The notes beneath the pieces were generated by a model, which searched no databases, was not told the DNA's origin, and saw nothing but the letters and a program-made list of their open reading frames with translations. From Clostridia bacterium (GTDB lineage Bacteria > Bacillota > Clostridia > TANB77 > CAG-508): 32,000 bases of DNA. The stretch is from positions 1-32,000 of the forward strand of contig JAAVZA010000036.1 of the NCBI GenBank assembly GCA_022791395.1, in the 5' to 3' direction. Shown piece by piece: positions 1-10,467 of the stretch. The translations under genes were made by a program, and so were the position numbers. Each line of letters opens with the position of its first letter. Position 1 is the first letter of the stretch.

Positions 1-8
1 AAAAAATA

Positions 9-224
9 ATGGAAGAATATAAATTAAAAAATGAAAAAATAATAATAAATAATTATAATAAATATTCTATAGATAAAAAAATAATAAAAAATATTTTTAA
101 AAATAAAAAAATAATTGGAAAAATAAAATATAATAAAAAATTTGAAGAATTAATAAATTCAAATTTTAATAATTATTATTCAAATATTAATTTCGAAATA
201 AAAAAAATAATAAAAAAAATGTAA
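9..224 (+). CDS. hypothetical small Lys/Asn/Ile-rich protein; frame stays open to the left window edge, so it may be the 3' part of a longer gene
   Basis: ORF track only. Extremely AT-rich, low-complexity translation with no recognisable motif. Confidence 0.25.
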   Translation: MEEYKLKNEKIIINNYNKYSIDKKIIKNIFKNKKIIGKIKYNKKFEELINSNFNNYYSNINFEIKKIIKKM

Positions 225-254
225 TTATTTAATAATAAAAAAGAGAATAAATAA

Positions 255-971
255 ATGGAGAATATAAATATAAATAATCTTGAATTAAATAAAAAAATAG
301 AAAAAAGCCAAAATAATTTTTTAGAAACTATTTTAGGAAAAACAATAAATACAGCAATTGATATTGGATTAAGAACAATATTACCAGATTTTATACAAAA
401 CCAAGTAATTGATTTAAAAAATAATTTAATAAATTATGGATTAAAAGATGGAATAAAAAAAAGTATAGATGATTCAATTAATATTGGAAAAAGTGCAATA
501 GGAATTATAACTGGAAAATTTGAAAATATAACACAAATGCAAGAAGCAGTAAAAAGTGGAGGAATAATAGATAACATTTCAATAGTTTTAGATAGTGTTG
601 TAAATAAAATACATTCAAAAGGAGTAATAAATTCAAGTGTAGCAAAAACAATAAAACAAGGAAAAAATATAATATTGAATAATATTGAAAAAAATATTGA
701 AAATACTTTTAATAGTCAACTAAAAGCATTAAATAACACCGAAAAAAATATTGAAAATTGGAAGAAAAATTATAATGATAGAAATTTTGAAGGAATGGAA
801 AAAGAATATAAAAAAATTCGAAAAGAATTGAATAATTTAGCACCCATAGAAAAAACAATAAATGATGCAAGAACAATTGAAAATTTACATTTATTAATTA
901 AAAATAATGGACAAAATTTTGAATTATCTAATGAACAGATAGAATTAGCTCAAAAGTTAGGGAAAGAATAA
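255..971 (+). CDS. hypothetical protein, 238 aa, helical/coiled-coil-looking, with internal EKNIEN repeat
   Basis: Long ORF in a region where stop codons are frequent. No family recognised; weak RBS (aagaga). Confidence 0.55.
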   Translation: MENININNLELNKKIEKSQNNFLETILGKTINTAIDIGLRTILPDFIQNQVIDLKNNLINYGLKDGIKKSIDDSINIGKSAIGIITGKFENITQMQEAVKSGGIIDNISIVLDSVVNKIHSKGVINSSVAKTIKQGKNIILNNIEKNIENTFNSQLKALNNTEKNIENWKKNYNDRNFEGMEKEYKKIRKELNNLAPIEKTINDARTIENLHLLIKNNGQNFELSNEQIELAQKLGKE

Positions 972-982
972 TTTATAATTGC

Positions 983-1011
983 TTGACTTAAAATTAAAAA
1001 AAGTATATACT
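983..1011 (+). promoter_or_regulatory. sigma-A-type promoter candidate for the PLP-enzyme gene
   Basis: TTGACT (983-988), 17-nt spacer, TATACT (1006-1011). Confidence 0.4.
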
Positions 1012-1020
1012 AATTTTGTA

Positions 1021-1046
1021 TATAAAATCTTAATTAAGATTTTATA
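1021..1046. promoter_or_regulatory. 26-bp perfect palindrome (candidate operator or 5'-UTR hairpin)
   Basis: tataaaatcttaattaagattttata is its own reverse complement. It lies about 10 nt after the -10 box and 30 nt before the start codon at 1076. Confidence 0.4.
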
Positions 1047-1075
1047 GATACTAATCATAAAAAGTAGGTAAAACT

Positions 1076-2254
1076 ATGAAAAATTTTAAAAACTATAATG
1101 ATTATAGCAAAAAGGAAGAATTAGCATTTGAATCGAAAACGGTTCATGGCGCCTTAGGACATGACCCAATGACGGGAGCAGTTAGTTTCCCAATATTTCA
1201 GTCATCAACTTTTAGACACATTGCATTAGGACAAGATACAGGATACTCTTATTCAAGAGTAAAAAATCCAACAAGAGAAGAATTAGAAAGAACAATGGCA
1301 ATTTTAGAAGAAGGTATAGCAGGATTTGCAGTATCTAGTGGAATGGCAGCAGTTACATCTGTATTATCATTATTAAATCCTGGAGATCACATTATTTTAT
1401 CAGATGATTTATATGGAGGAACATTACATATAAATGAAATATTTTTCAGTAGATATGGTATTGAATTCTCACAAGTAGATATGTCTGATTTAAAACAACT
1501 TAATGAAACTATAAGACCTAATACTAAAATGATATTTGTAGAAACACCAACTAATCCAATGATGAAGGTTGCAGATATTAAGGAAATTTCAAAAATAGCA
1601 AAATCTATTAATGCTGTAATGGTAGTAGATAATACATTTTTAACACCATACTATCAAAAACCACTAACATTAGGAGCAGATATAGTAATACATAGTGGAA
1701 CAAAATATTTAGGTGGACATAATGATACTTTAGCAGGAATAATAGTAGTAAAAAAACAAGAACATGCAGATTTTATATTAGGGCAAGTAAAAACTTTTGG
1801 AAATCAAATAGCACCATTAGATGCATGGTTAATATTAAGAGGATTAAAAACATTAACAGTTAGAATGAAACAACATAATGAAAATTCAATAAAAGTAGCA
1901 AATTGGTTAAGAAAACAACCAAAAGTTAAAGAGGTATACTTTGTAGGATTTGAAGATCATCCTCAATATTCAATAACAAAAGAACAAACAACAGGATTTG
2001 GAGGAATGATATCTTTTGCTGTTGATAGTGAGGAAACTGCAAAGAAAATTTTAGAAAAAGTAGATTTAATAATGTTTGCAGAAAGCTTAGGGGGAACAGA
2101 AACATTAATTACCTATCCATTAACACAAACACATAACTCTGTTCCAGAAGAAATTAGAGAAAAATTAGGAATTACAGGTAAATTATTAAGATTATCTGTT
2201 GGAATAGAAGAAGCAGATGATATTATTAAAGACTTAGAAAACGCTTTAAAATAA
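1076..2254 (+). CDS. Cys/Met-metabolism PLP-dependent enzyme (cystathionine beta-lyase / gamma-synthase / gamma-lyase family)
   Basis: 392 aa. N-terminal TVHG...PIFQSSTF, the SGTKYLGGHNDTLAG PLP-lysine motif and C-terminal LRLSVGIEE are all typical of this family. Confidence 0.9.
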   Translation: MKNFKNYNDYSKKEELAFESKTVHGALGHDPMTGAVSFPIFQSSTFRHIALGQDTGYSYSRVKNPTREELERTMAILEEGIAGFAVSSGMAAVTSVLSLLNPGDHIILSDDLYGGTLHINEIFFSRYGIEFSQVDMSDLKQLNETIRPNTKMIFVETPTNPMMKVADIKEISKIAKSINAVMVVDNTFLTPYYQKPLTLGADIVIHSGTKYLGGHNDTLAGIIVVKKQEHADFILGQVKTFGNQIAPLDAWLILRGLKTLTVRMKQHNENSIKVANWLRKQPKVKEVYFVGFEDHPQYSITKEQTTGFGGMISFAVDSEETAKKILEKVDLIMFAESLGGTETLITYPLTQTHNSVPEEIREKLGITGKLLRLSVGIEEADDIIKDLENALK

Positions 2255-2337
2255 GAACAATAGAGGGATGATTAAATTCTTTGATTTTTTAGATTATCAC
2301 ATTCGTTCTTATAAAAAAATGCAAGTAATTTATATAT

Positions 2338-2364
2338 AAAACCTTATCAATTAGATAAGGTTTT
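2338..2364 (+). terminator. intrinsic terminator candidate after the PLP-enzyme gene
   Basis: aaaaccttatc-aatta-gataaggtttt hairpin followed by T-rich sequence. Confidence 0.6.
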
Positions 2365-2442
2365 ATTAAATATATTAAAAATTTATTTATAATGAACTGT
2401 GGAAATCCGTAGTAAAAAAGCCTAGTTTTTTAATTAAATTAC

Positions 2443-2471
2443 TTGCAAAATAAAATATGTTTTAGTATAAT
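2443..2471 (+). promoter_or_regulatory. gyrA promoter candidate
   Basis: TTGCAA (2443-2448), 17-nt spacer, TATAAT (2466-2471), 38 nt upstream of the gyrA ATG. Confidence 0.5.
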
Positions 2472-2508
2472 ACAAATGTACAAAAATTAAGAAAAGAGGG
2501 AAAAAGTA

Positions 2509-4968
2509 ATGGAAGAAACACCACAAAGAAGAGACGGAAAAATAATTGAAAGAGATATAGACAAAGAGATGAGAACAGCATATATAGAATATGCAATGAG
2601 TGTTATTATATCTCGTGCACTTCCAGATGTTAGAGATGGATTAAAACCAGTACATAGAAGAATATTATACTCAATGCACGAAGATGGAATAACATCAGAT
2701 AAGGCATATCGTAAATGTGCAAATACAGTTGGATCTGTTTTAGGTCGTTATCATCCACATGGAGATAGTTCAGTATATGATGCAATGGTAAGATTAGCAC
2801 AAGACTTTACAATGAGATATCCATTAGTAGATGGACATGGAAACTTTGGTTCAGTAGATGGAGATAGTCCAGCAGCTATGAGGTATACAGAAGCAAGAAT
2901 GTCGAAAATATCTGAATTAATGCTAACAGATATTGAAAAAAATACTGTTAATTTTATGCCAAATTATGATGATAGGTTACAAGAACCAACTGTTTTACCA
3001 GCTAGAATACCAGCATTACTAGTAAATGGTTCTTCTGGAATAGCAGTAGGTATGGCAACAAATATACCTCCACATAATTTATCAGAAGTAATAGATGGTA
3101 TAGTACAAATAATTGACAATCCAGATACGACAGTAGAAGAGCTAATGGAAATAATAAAAGGACCAGATTTCCCAACAGGTGCAACTATTTTAGGAAAAGA
3201 AGGAATAAAAGATGCCTATACAACAGGTAGAGGAAAAATTACAATGAGAGCTGAAGCTGAAATTGAAGAAATGAGTGGAAATAGACAAAGAATTATTATT
3301 ACTTCTTTACCATATCAAGTAAATAAAGCAAAACTTGTTAAAACAATAGCAGATTTATCAAAAGATAAAAAAGTTGAAGGAATTGCAGAAGTAAGAGATG
3401 AATCAGATAGAAAAGAAAAAACAAGAGTTGTAGTAGAATTAAAAAGAGATGCAAGACCACAAGTTATATTAAATCAATTATATAAGCACACACAAATGCA
3501 AGAAACATTTGGAACAATTATTTTAGCATTAGTAGATGGTGAACCTAAAATATTAACTTTAAGACAATGTTTAGATTGTTTTATAAATCATAGAAAAGAA
3601 GTTATTTTAAGAAGAACAAAATTTGAATTAGATAAAGCTTTAGCAAGAGCACATATTTTAGAAGGATTAAAAATAGCTTTAGATAATATAGATGAAGTAA
3701 TTTCAATAATACGCTCTTCTTATGATAATCCAAAAGAAAGATTGATGGAAAGATTTGGACTATCTGATATACAAGCACAAGCAATATTAGATATGAGATT
3801 AAAAACATTATCAGGATTACAAAGAGAAAAAATTGAAGAAGAATACAATGAATTAATGCAATTAATTGCTCATTTAAAAGAAGTTTTAGGAAGCGAAAAA
3901 TTAGTATTTGACATCATAAAAGAAGAACTAGAAGAAGTAAAAGAAAAATTTGGAGACGAAAGAAAAACTAAAATTATTGCAGCTGAAGGAGATCTTGAAA
4001 TTGAAGACTTAATAAAAGAAGAACAAACAGTAATAGCACTTACACACTTTGGATATATAAAAAGAATGCCAGTAGATACATATAAAAGCCAAAGAAGAGG
4101 TGGAAAAGGAATTACAGGAATAGCAACAAGAGAAGAAGACTTTGTAAAACAAATATTTACAGCTTCAACACACGATACAATTTTATTCTTCAGCAATAAA
4201 GGAAAACTATATAAACTAAAAGGATACGAAATACCAGAAGCAGGAAGAACAGCAAAAGGAACAGCAATTGTAAATCTATTAAGTCTAGATCCAGGAGAAA
4301 AAATATCAGCAGTTATTCCAATACAAAACTTTGCAGAAGGAAAATTCTTACTTATGGCAACAAAAAATGGACTAATTAAGAAAACAGCATTAACAGAATA
4401 TAACACAACAAGAAAAACAGGATTACAAGGAATTACATTAAAAGAAGATGACGAATTAATAGCAGTAAGACTTACAGATGGAGAAGATAATGTAGTATTA
4501 GTTACAAAAGAAGGTATGTGTATTACTTTTGATGAAAAAGATGTACGTCCAATAGGAAGAGTATCACAAGGTGTTATAGGAATAAGACTAGATAAAGATG
4601 ATTACGTAATAGGAATGGAATCAATTATTGCAGGAGGAAAAGCAACACTACTTGCAATAACAGAAAATGGATTTGGAAAAAGAACAGAATTAGATGAATA
4701 TAGAGTACAAACAAGAGGTGGAAAAGGTGTTATAACATATAAAATAACACCAAAGACAGGAAAACTAGTTGGAATTAGAATAACAGGAGAAGATGAAGAT
4801 GTTATGCTTATAACAGATCAAGGAACAATAATAAGATTAGCAGTAAAAGAAATAAGTGTACTTGGAAGATCAACACAAGGGGTTACTCTAATGAGAACAA
4901 ATGATGGAGCAAAAGTAGTCAGTATAGAAACTGTTCCAAAGGAAGACAATGTAACTGAAAACGAATAA
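2509..4968 (+). CDS. gyrA: DNA gyrase subunit A
   Basis: 819 aa. Contains [27 protein letters not shown], the active-site region [10 protein letters not shown], and the GyrA-box QRRGGKG in the C-terminal beta-pinwheel domain, which distinguishes it from ParC. Confidence 0.97.
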   Translation: MEETPQRRDGKIIERDIDKEMRTAYIEYAMSVIISRALPDVRDGLKPVHRRILYSMHEDGITSDKAYRKCANTVGSVLGRYHPHGDSSVYDAMVRLAQDFTMRYPLVDGHGNFGSVDGDSPAAMRYTEARMSKISELMLTDIEKNTVNFMPNYDDRLQEPTVLPARIPALLVNGSSGIAVGMATNIPPHNLSEVIDGIVQIIDNPDTTVEELMEIIKGPDFPTGATILGKEGIKDAYTTGRGKITMRAEAEIEEMSGNRQRIIITSLPYQVNKAKLVKTIADLSKDKKVEGIAEVRDESDRKEKTRVVVELKRDARPQVILNQLYKHTQMQETFGTIILALVDGEPKILTLRQCLDCFINHRKEVILRRTKFELDKALARAHILEGLKIALDNIDEVISIIRSSYDNPKERLMERFGLSDIQAQAILDMRLKTLSGLQREKIEEEYNELMQLIAHLKEVLGSEKLVFDIIKEELEEVKEKFGDERKTKIIAAEGDLEIEDLIKEEQTVIALTHFGYIKRMPVDTYKSQRRGGKGITGIATREEDFVKQIFTASTHDTILFFSNKGKLYKLKGYEIPEAGRTAKGTAIVNLLSLDPGEKISAVIPIQNFAEGKFLLMATKNGLIKKTALTEYNTTRKTGLQGITLKEDDELIAVRLTDGEDNVVLVTKEGMCITFDEKDVRPIGRVSQGVIGIRLDKDDYVIGMESIIAGGKATLLAITENGFGKRTELDEYRVQTRGGKGVITYKITPKTGKLVGIRITGEDEDVMLITDQGTIIRLAVKEISVLGRSTQGVTLMRTNDGAKVVSIETVPKEDNVTENE

Positions 4969-4988
4969 TATAATTTGAAAAATAAAAA

Positions 4989-5013
4989 ATAGAGAATACA
5001 ATATATTCTCTAT
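4989..5013. terminator. bidirectional terminator between convergent gyrA and the helicase-loader gene
   Basis: atagagaat-acaatat-attctctat hairpin flanked by an A-run (left) and a T-run (right). It overlaps the stop codon of the minus-strand gene. Confidence 0.6.
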
Positions 5014-6008
5014 TTTTTAAACCTAATATCTTCACCGAAAAATCTACAAATATTATAATAGCCTACAAATCTTGAAAAAATTCTTTCATCATATTTTTCA
5101 CTTAATTCTTTCAAATTTAAATTAGTAGAAATAATAGTTTTAGTAATATGATTATTTTGGTTTAATAATCGTGTATTAATAACATTAAAAAGTTCACTGA
5201 ACTTCATACTATTCATACACTCAGTTCCAAGATCATCAATAATAAGCAAATCAACATCTAAAATATTTTCATAAATAGAAGATGAGTTATTTTTATTAAA
5301 TCTATAATCAATAATCGTATCAAGCATTACAGGAGCAGTTTGATAAAGTACAGTTTTCCCTTTTTGTAACAATTCATTTGCAATACAATTAGATAAAAAA
5401 GTTTTACCAAGACCAGTATTGCCAAGAAAAAGTAAGTTCTTTTCGCTATCATCTTCAAAATTATCTATAAAATTTAAAGCAATATTTTTAATATTTTTAA
5501 TATTATCCCTAGGGGATATATTAGAAGAATATAGCTCTTCATTAATTTTATCAGCGTACAAATCAATATTAAAATTAGTAAAAGTGTCATTTTTTAAATT
5601 AGAGATGTTTGATTTATTATACTCAATATCAAATAATTTCTGCTTAATACAACTACATAAATTAAAATTATAACCATTTCTAACGTATCCAGTATCTTCA
5701 CATAAGTCACATTCAAAACGGGGTTTAAAAAAATCTTTTCCAATATTTAAATTATTTAAAATCATTTCTTTTTCTTTTTTTAAATTATCTATTTTTTCTT
5801 TCAAATTATTAACAGAATTAGTTTCATTATTAGCAAATAAAATAGATTTTGCAGTATTTAAAGCAAAAGAGTTAAGTTCCATTTCTATTTCTTCTAATCG
5901 CTTATTTGAAGCATAAAGATCAGTTTTTCTATTATCTAAATCTAAAATAGCGTTCATTCTTTTTTGTTCATAATCTTTTAGCAAAGTTTTCAAAGTAGAA
6001 TTACTCAT
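5010..6008 (-). CDS. DnaI/DnaC-like replicative helicase loader (AAA+)
   Basis: 332 aa. N-terminal Cys cluster CDLCEDTGYV...CSC (zinc-binding, DnaI-like), Walker A GNTGLGKTFL, Walker B LLIIDDLG. Starts 18 nt after the DnaD-domain gene. Confidence 0.85.
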   Translation of the reverse strand: MSNSTLKTLLKDYEQKRMNAILDLDNRKTDLYASNKRLEEIEMELNSFALNTAKSILFANNETNSVNNLKEKIDNLKKEKEMILNNLNIGKDFFKPRFECDLCEDTGYVRNGYNFNLCSCIKQKLFDIEYNKSNISNLKNDTFTNFNIDLYADKINEELYSSNISPRDNIKNIKNIALNFIDNFEDDSEKNLLFLGNTGLGKTFLSNCIANELLQKGKTVLYQTAPVMLDTIIDYRFNKNNSSSIYENILDVDLLIIDDLGTECMNSMKFSELFNVINTRLLNQNNHITKTIISTNLNLKELSEKYDERIFSRFVGYYNICRFFGEDIRFKK

Positions 6009-6026
6009 AATTAGTTAAAATCCTTT

Positions 6027-6992
6027 CTATGCCTTTTGGACATTAGCATATAAATTATCAAAATTATCATATTTTCTTTGTTCATAATTATTATAACTTT
6101 TCTTTTCTAAATTTTTAATTTCTGCTTTTTTAAATTTCATTTGTTCTAAAAAGGCTTGAATATCGCTAACTGTTTTTAAATTTCTATCATGCCAATCACA
6201 AATAATCTTATCTATATAATCAAAACTAGGATTAGATTTTGAAGTGGTTTTCTTAAGAGCAAGTTCTATAATATCTAAAGAAAATCCAAAATCAACAGTC
6301 CATTTTTCAATATAAGCTTCTTCATATTGAGTTAACGTTCTATTTATACCTAATTTTTTAGCAATAGATTTTTTAACAATATTCAACTTTTCTTGCTTTT
6401 CATAATACATATCTAAATCTGTCCAAGTCTTAATATTACTCTTATGCCAAGCATCAGCAACAGCAACAATATAATTTCTATGTAAAGCTGAACGTTCAAA
6501 ACAATATCTAAAAAGCGCAATCATAACTTGTTCATCAAAGTTATATTTTTTAAACCATAAATCAATATCATTATACCAAGAAGGAGACATTACACCTTGA
6601 AAGAAAGATGTATTAATATCTTCAATAGCTTTAGCCCTGTATTGATTTTGAGAACTTTTTTCTACATCTATTTTAGAAGAAAGTCTTGGTTTATATAATT
6701 TATTAAGTTCAATTTCTTGAAGGTTATTTACAACATATCCAGTAGACTTCTTTATAATAACTTCAGCATCTTCCCAATATTTAAGAGCATCTTGAATAGT
6801 CTTAAGAGGTAAAGCAAGTTTTTTTGATAAATCATTCAATTTAACATCTTTACCATACTTAGATAAAAATAAAATATATAAATAAACTTTAATGTAATCT
6901 CCACTTGCTTGTGACAAATATTCAGTAAAAAAAACATCTGAAATTTCAGTAGTAGAGAAAATCATAGATAAATCATTCTGTTCAAGCTTCAT
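6027..6992 (-). CDS. DnaD-domain replication initiation / primosome protein (B. subtilis DnaB/DnaD-like)
   Basis: 321 aa. Two DnaD/DnaB_2-type repeats (..ALFRYCFERSALHRNYIVAVADAWHKSNI.. and ..LDIIELALKKT..FDYIDKIICDWHDRNLKT..). Forms an operon with the helicase loader. Confidence 0.85.
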   Translation of the reverse strand: MKLEQNDLSMIFSTTEISDVFFTEYLSQASGDYIKVYLYILFLSKYGKDVKLNDLSKKLALPLKTIQDALKYWEDAEVIIKKSTGYVVNNLQEIELNKLYKPRLSSKIDVEKSSQNQYRAKAIEDINTSFFQGVMSPSWYNDIDLWFKKYNFDEQVMIALFRYCFERSALHRNYIVAVADAWHKSNIKTWTDLDMYYEKQEKLNIVKKSIAKKLGINRTLTQYEEAYIEKWTVDFGFSLDIIELALKKTTSKSNPSFDYIDKIICDWHDRNLKTVSDIQAFLEQMKFKKAEIKNLEKKSYNNYEQRKYDNFDNLYANVQKA

Positions 6993-7118
6993 AATAATAT
7001 CCCCTTATAAAATATATACAAATTTTATTCTTAAGTAATATATAACAAATTATATCATTTTAAGACAATTTATACAACAGAAAATGAAATTATTTTGGGG
7101 ATATGTGTTAATAGTAAT

Positions 7119-7400
7119 TTATTTCTTATACAAATAAACTTTAGGATTCTTTAGATATTTTAGTATATATATAAACACATACAAAATATTTTCGTGATTA
7201 AATCCAACAATGCTAAAAATAAGTATAGGAAAGCAAAGAAATATAAAAAGAAATATCTTAATATTCAAATTGGTAAATATTAAATTAATTAAGCAGAAAA
7301 CAAAAGAGCACCAAATAACATTTAATATAGCAGTTGAATAATCAATAAAACCAAACAATTTACTATTAAAATTATAATTTTGAGGAAAAATAAATTTCAT
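7119..7400 (-). CDS. PrgI/TcpE/VirB3-like small membrane protein
   Basis: 93 aa with two hydrophobic helices and a basic C-terminal tail (KYLKNPKVYLYKK). RBS ggagg lies 5 nt upstream. Its position after a VirB6-like gene matches Firmicute T4SS gene order. Confidence 0.5.
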   Translation of the reverse strand: MKFIFPQNYNFNSKLFGFIDYSTAILNVIWCSFVFCLINLIFTNLNIKIFLFIFLCFPILIFSIVGFNHENILYVFIYILKYLKNPKVYLYKK

Positions 7401-7411
7401 ATAAACCTCCG

Positions 7412-8290
7412 CTATTTAATAAAAGATTTAATTCCATTAAAACCATTTGTTAAATCAGTGTTAATACCACCCATAAATTCTCTCACATAAGAATTAGACT
7501 TAAGTAGAGCAAAAATTGCACCACATATTAAAAATTTAGAGAAGATATTATTACTACTGAAATCAATTGAAAAAATAATAAGTAATACAAGAGCTACTAA
7601 AATCTGTATTAGCATTAAGGAAATAAAGCATTTAATCCAGGCTTTAAAAAATCCAGAAGTGGAAGAAATACTAAGGGATAAAAATGCAAAAGGGGATATT
7701 AATACAAAAACTTTTATCATAATATAACGAATAGCATACGAAAAAGTTAGATTTAAAAAACTAATAGAAATCACACTTTTAAGTAATCCATCAATTGAGA
7801 AAATGGTAAAACTATTTTCTTCAATTTGAATCAGTGTATTTAATTTATATACTAAATTAGAAAATGAAATAGTAGAACCAAATAAATTGTTACCTACTTC
7901 TTGTATGCTAGAAGATAAACAAGAGGTAAAAAATATAAACTGTTCGCAAATAAAAATAGAAGAATTCATACAAATGCAATAAAGGATTAATTTAAAAATA
8001 AAACTTGTAGGACGCTCTACTTGAGTGATTAATAAATTAGATAATAGTAGTCGAATACAATAATATAGTAAAAAGCCTAATATCAAAGAATTAGCAATTA
8101 ATAAAATACCATTAGTAGTAGATGTACCAAAAATATTCCTAAAATAAGAACCATTTAAAATATCAGTGTTTATAAAAGTAATATTATCTAAAATGGAATA
8201 CAAATTATTATCAATTGATGAAAAAATTGTTTGAAAAATAGTGTTAATTGCATTAATAATTAGCTCAGTAATATTTACTTCTTCTTCCAA
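7412..8290 (-). CDS. VirB6/TrbL-like polytopic membrane protein (TTG start)
   Basis: 292 aa, at least 5 predicted TM segments. The central segment YAIRYIMIKVFVLISPFAFL...FFKAWIKCFISLMLIQ resembles the TrbL/VirB6 core. RBS ggaggt is 7 nt before the TTG. Confidence 0.5.
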   Translation of the reverse strand: MEEEVNITELIINAINTIFQTIFSSIDNNLYSILDNITFINTDILNGSYFRNIFGTSTTNGILLIANSLILGFLLYYCIRLLLSNLLITQVERPTSFIFKLILYCICMNSSIFICEQFIFFTSCLSSSIQEVGNNLFGSTISFSNLVYKLNTLIQIEENSFTIFSIDGLLKSVISISFLNLTFSYAIRYIMIKVFVLISPFAFLSLSISSTSGFFKAWIKCFISLMLIQILVALVLLIIFSIDFSSNNIFSKFLICGAIFALLKSNSYVREFMGGINTDLTNGFNGIKSFIK

Positions 8291-8372
8291 ACTATCTACC
8301 TCCGAATCATTAAAATATATTGATACATCTATGCTAATTAATATATATAGTAATCTAAACTATAACAAGTGA

Positions 8373-8703
8373 CTAAATCAAAGATTTAATTGCAGATAAA
8401 ATGAGGTCTACGGCTAAAATAAAAGCATAAGAAAATAGAGTGCTTTTAATTAATTTTTTTCCGATTCTCATTCTTTCTTCATCACCAAAACTAAATTTTT
8501 TCATAAAAACTCCCACACCGTACTGCAACAGCTGCAGCAGGAGTTGCAAGTTTGATTAACCAATCTTCGATTTGCTCAAAAGCTTTTTTTATTGTATTAA
8601 CAAGTTTTTGGTCTGCGCAAAAAGAATAATTTGAAAGTATAGATATAAAGATAATAAATAAAAATAATGTAAAAATAATAAAAAATATTTTTTTGTTTTT
8701 CAT
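8373..8703 (-). pseudogene. TrbC/VirB2-type T4SS pilin-like gene, split into overlapping 70-aa and 43-aa ORFs at a T5 run
   Basis: The 70-aa ORF (8491-8703) has a signal peptide plus the start of a hydrophobic helix (LATPAAAVAVRCGSF). An unlisted 43-aa ORF (8373-8504, MKKFSFGDEERMRIGKKLIKSTLFSYAFILAVDLILSAIKSLI) overlaps it by 14 nt in another frame. Removing one T from the minus-strand run (plus-strand A5 at 8505-8509) fuses them into a ~109-aa protein with pilin-like architecture. Confidence 0.45.
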
Positions 8704-8730
8704 AATAAAAACCTCCTAAAATATAAATAA

Positions 8731-10453
8731 CTACTTAATAAAATATGGCATCAATTTTAATTTCATGGGCTTTAAAATTTTATACCCATCCGATAAAAAT
8801 GAGAGACAGGAAAAAGTTTCTAGTTCTTGAGTAAAAAAATTAGTATCATAGATATAATCGTTTTGAATAGATTTACTTATACTTTCAGATAAATTAGAAT
8901 CTTTAGAATTTAAAGAATCTGTAAAATAACTGTAATGCGTTTCTTTTGCATTTTCAGTAATACTTCTTGAAATCTTAAATTTATCTTCTTTACCAATTTG
9001 TTTTTGAATATCATCAATAGTAGCTATATCATCAGTCCTAAACCAGAATTTATTAATTAGATTTTGAATAATAACATTAACAGCATATGGATTATTGATA
9101 GCATTTAATAAAGAAGAATAACTTTGTGTAGCGACAATATTAATACACTTTGCTTCTCTAGACTGTGCAAAAAAGTCAGCATCACTTGAAGAGCAATATT
9201 CATGAAACTCATCACAAATAAAAGCAACACTTCTAAAAAAATTTGAGTTATATCTAGAAAGTCTACTCATAACTTCAGTTTGAAAGTCTAGTTTTAAATA
9301 AGTTGCAATGATTTTAGATAAATTTCTATATTCTGCAATATTCATATTAAGTACAACAATTTTTCCATTATCAACTAGATCTCTAAAACCTTTAAAAGTA
9401 ATATCCTCTTTTTTAGGACAAAACGTATTCATAACATCATAATCTGAAACAAAACAATTTGTGATACGGGTAATCTCTGATTTTATAATGGAAGAAGTTC
9501 GAGAGTCTAAAGAATTAAATTCTTTTTCGAAAAACTCGATAGAAGAAAGAGCATCATAACAATCCTTTTTAGATAATTTTCCGACTTGAGAAGATATCTT
9601 TAATGATATCAAGCTTATCCATATAATAATTAGGCACAGTAATAAGTTTATGAAGTTCTAAAAAAGTAACATAACCATCATTATATAACCTACAAAATTT
9701 AATTGACTCACATAAAAATTGCTCTACTTTATCTAACCAGTATGAATCTCCATTATTGGGAGAAAAAAGCATAAGAATAGTTTTTAATCTATTTGCAAGA
9801 ACCATAGGTTTTAAATCTGGTTTATCTAGAGGATTATATTTTATATCTTTACCAAGTTCTATAATATGTAAATCATCTAATCTATTAGCAAAAGAACTGA
9901 ATTTAATAACTTCTTTATAAAAATTACCTTTAACATCCAAAATAAGCATACCAATTTTTGATGTGGGGTCATTTTTATTATATGAAATTAATTGTTTTGT
10001 AAAAGGATACATACAAGAACTAGTTTTACCACTACCAATAGTACCAGTAACTAAAATATTTTGATATAAACTTTTTTCTGGAATATAAACTAAATTATCA
10101 CTTTCATTTTTACCAACAAAAAGTAACAAATTTGTATTATTTGTGGATTGTTTGATATTCGAATTAACTTTTTTGTGATTTTTTATTTTATCTTTTTTAT
10201 GAAGAAACAATAATGAGTATAAAAAATTAGTAAAAAAAATAGATGAACCAATATAAAAGAGGACAAAATAAAACTTTATATTATTCCATACTTCTGGATA
10301 AGTCGCACAAATATCATAAGGATGAAGCGAATATGGAATAATAACAGATTTAGCTTCATAAATTGGTTTAAATAAAATAAAGCCAATTAAACAGAGAAAG
10401 ATTGAAAGCATAATGCAAAAAACAAAACGCTTACAAAAACAATAAAAAGACAT
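8731..10453 (-). pseudogene. type IV coupling protein (VirD4/TraG/TraD family ATPase) split by a frameshift
   Basis: The N-terminal ORF (9569-10453) has TM helices plus Walker A VTGTIGSGKTSS and ILDVKGNF. The C-terminal ORF (8731-9612) has Walker B-like AFICDEFHEY and VATQSYSSL. The two overlap by 44 nt in different frames. Confidence 0.8.
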
Positions 10454-10467
10454 AGAACACCTTCTTT

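Noticed and set aside
3870-4406. 178-aa minus-strand ORF, plus many other 60-120-aa antisense ORFs listed inside gyrA, the ABC-F gene, tex, VanW and the surface-protein genes.
   Set aside because: All lie antisense to strongly supported, purine-rich coding genes. They translate to Leu/Phe/Ser/Ile-rich low-complexity strings and lack RBSs. This is the expected compositional artefact when the sense strand is A/G-rich and poor in the complements of stop codons.
2509-4968. Possibility that the topoisomerase subunit is ParC rather than GyrA, given the missing gyrB neighbour.
   Set aside because: The C-terminal domain contains the GyrA-box (QRRGGKG), which is diagnostic for gyrase A subunits.
5010-6992. 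DnaD-domain plus DnaI/DnaC-like genes as the replication module of the adjacent conjugative-element remnant or of a prophage.
   Set aside because: The pair has the canonical chromosomal organisation (two DnaD-type repeats; a DnaI-type zinc-binding N-terminus plus AAA+; translationally coupled). It sits next to gyrA, and its composition matches the backbone. I treat it as the host primosome operon, though only comparative genomics can exclude an element origin.
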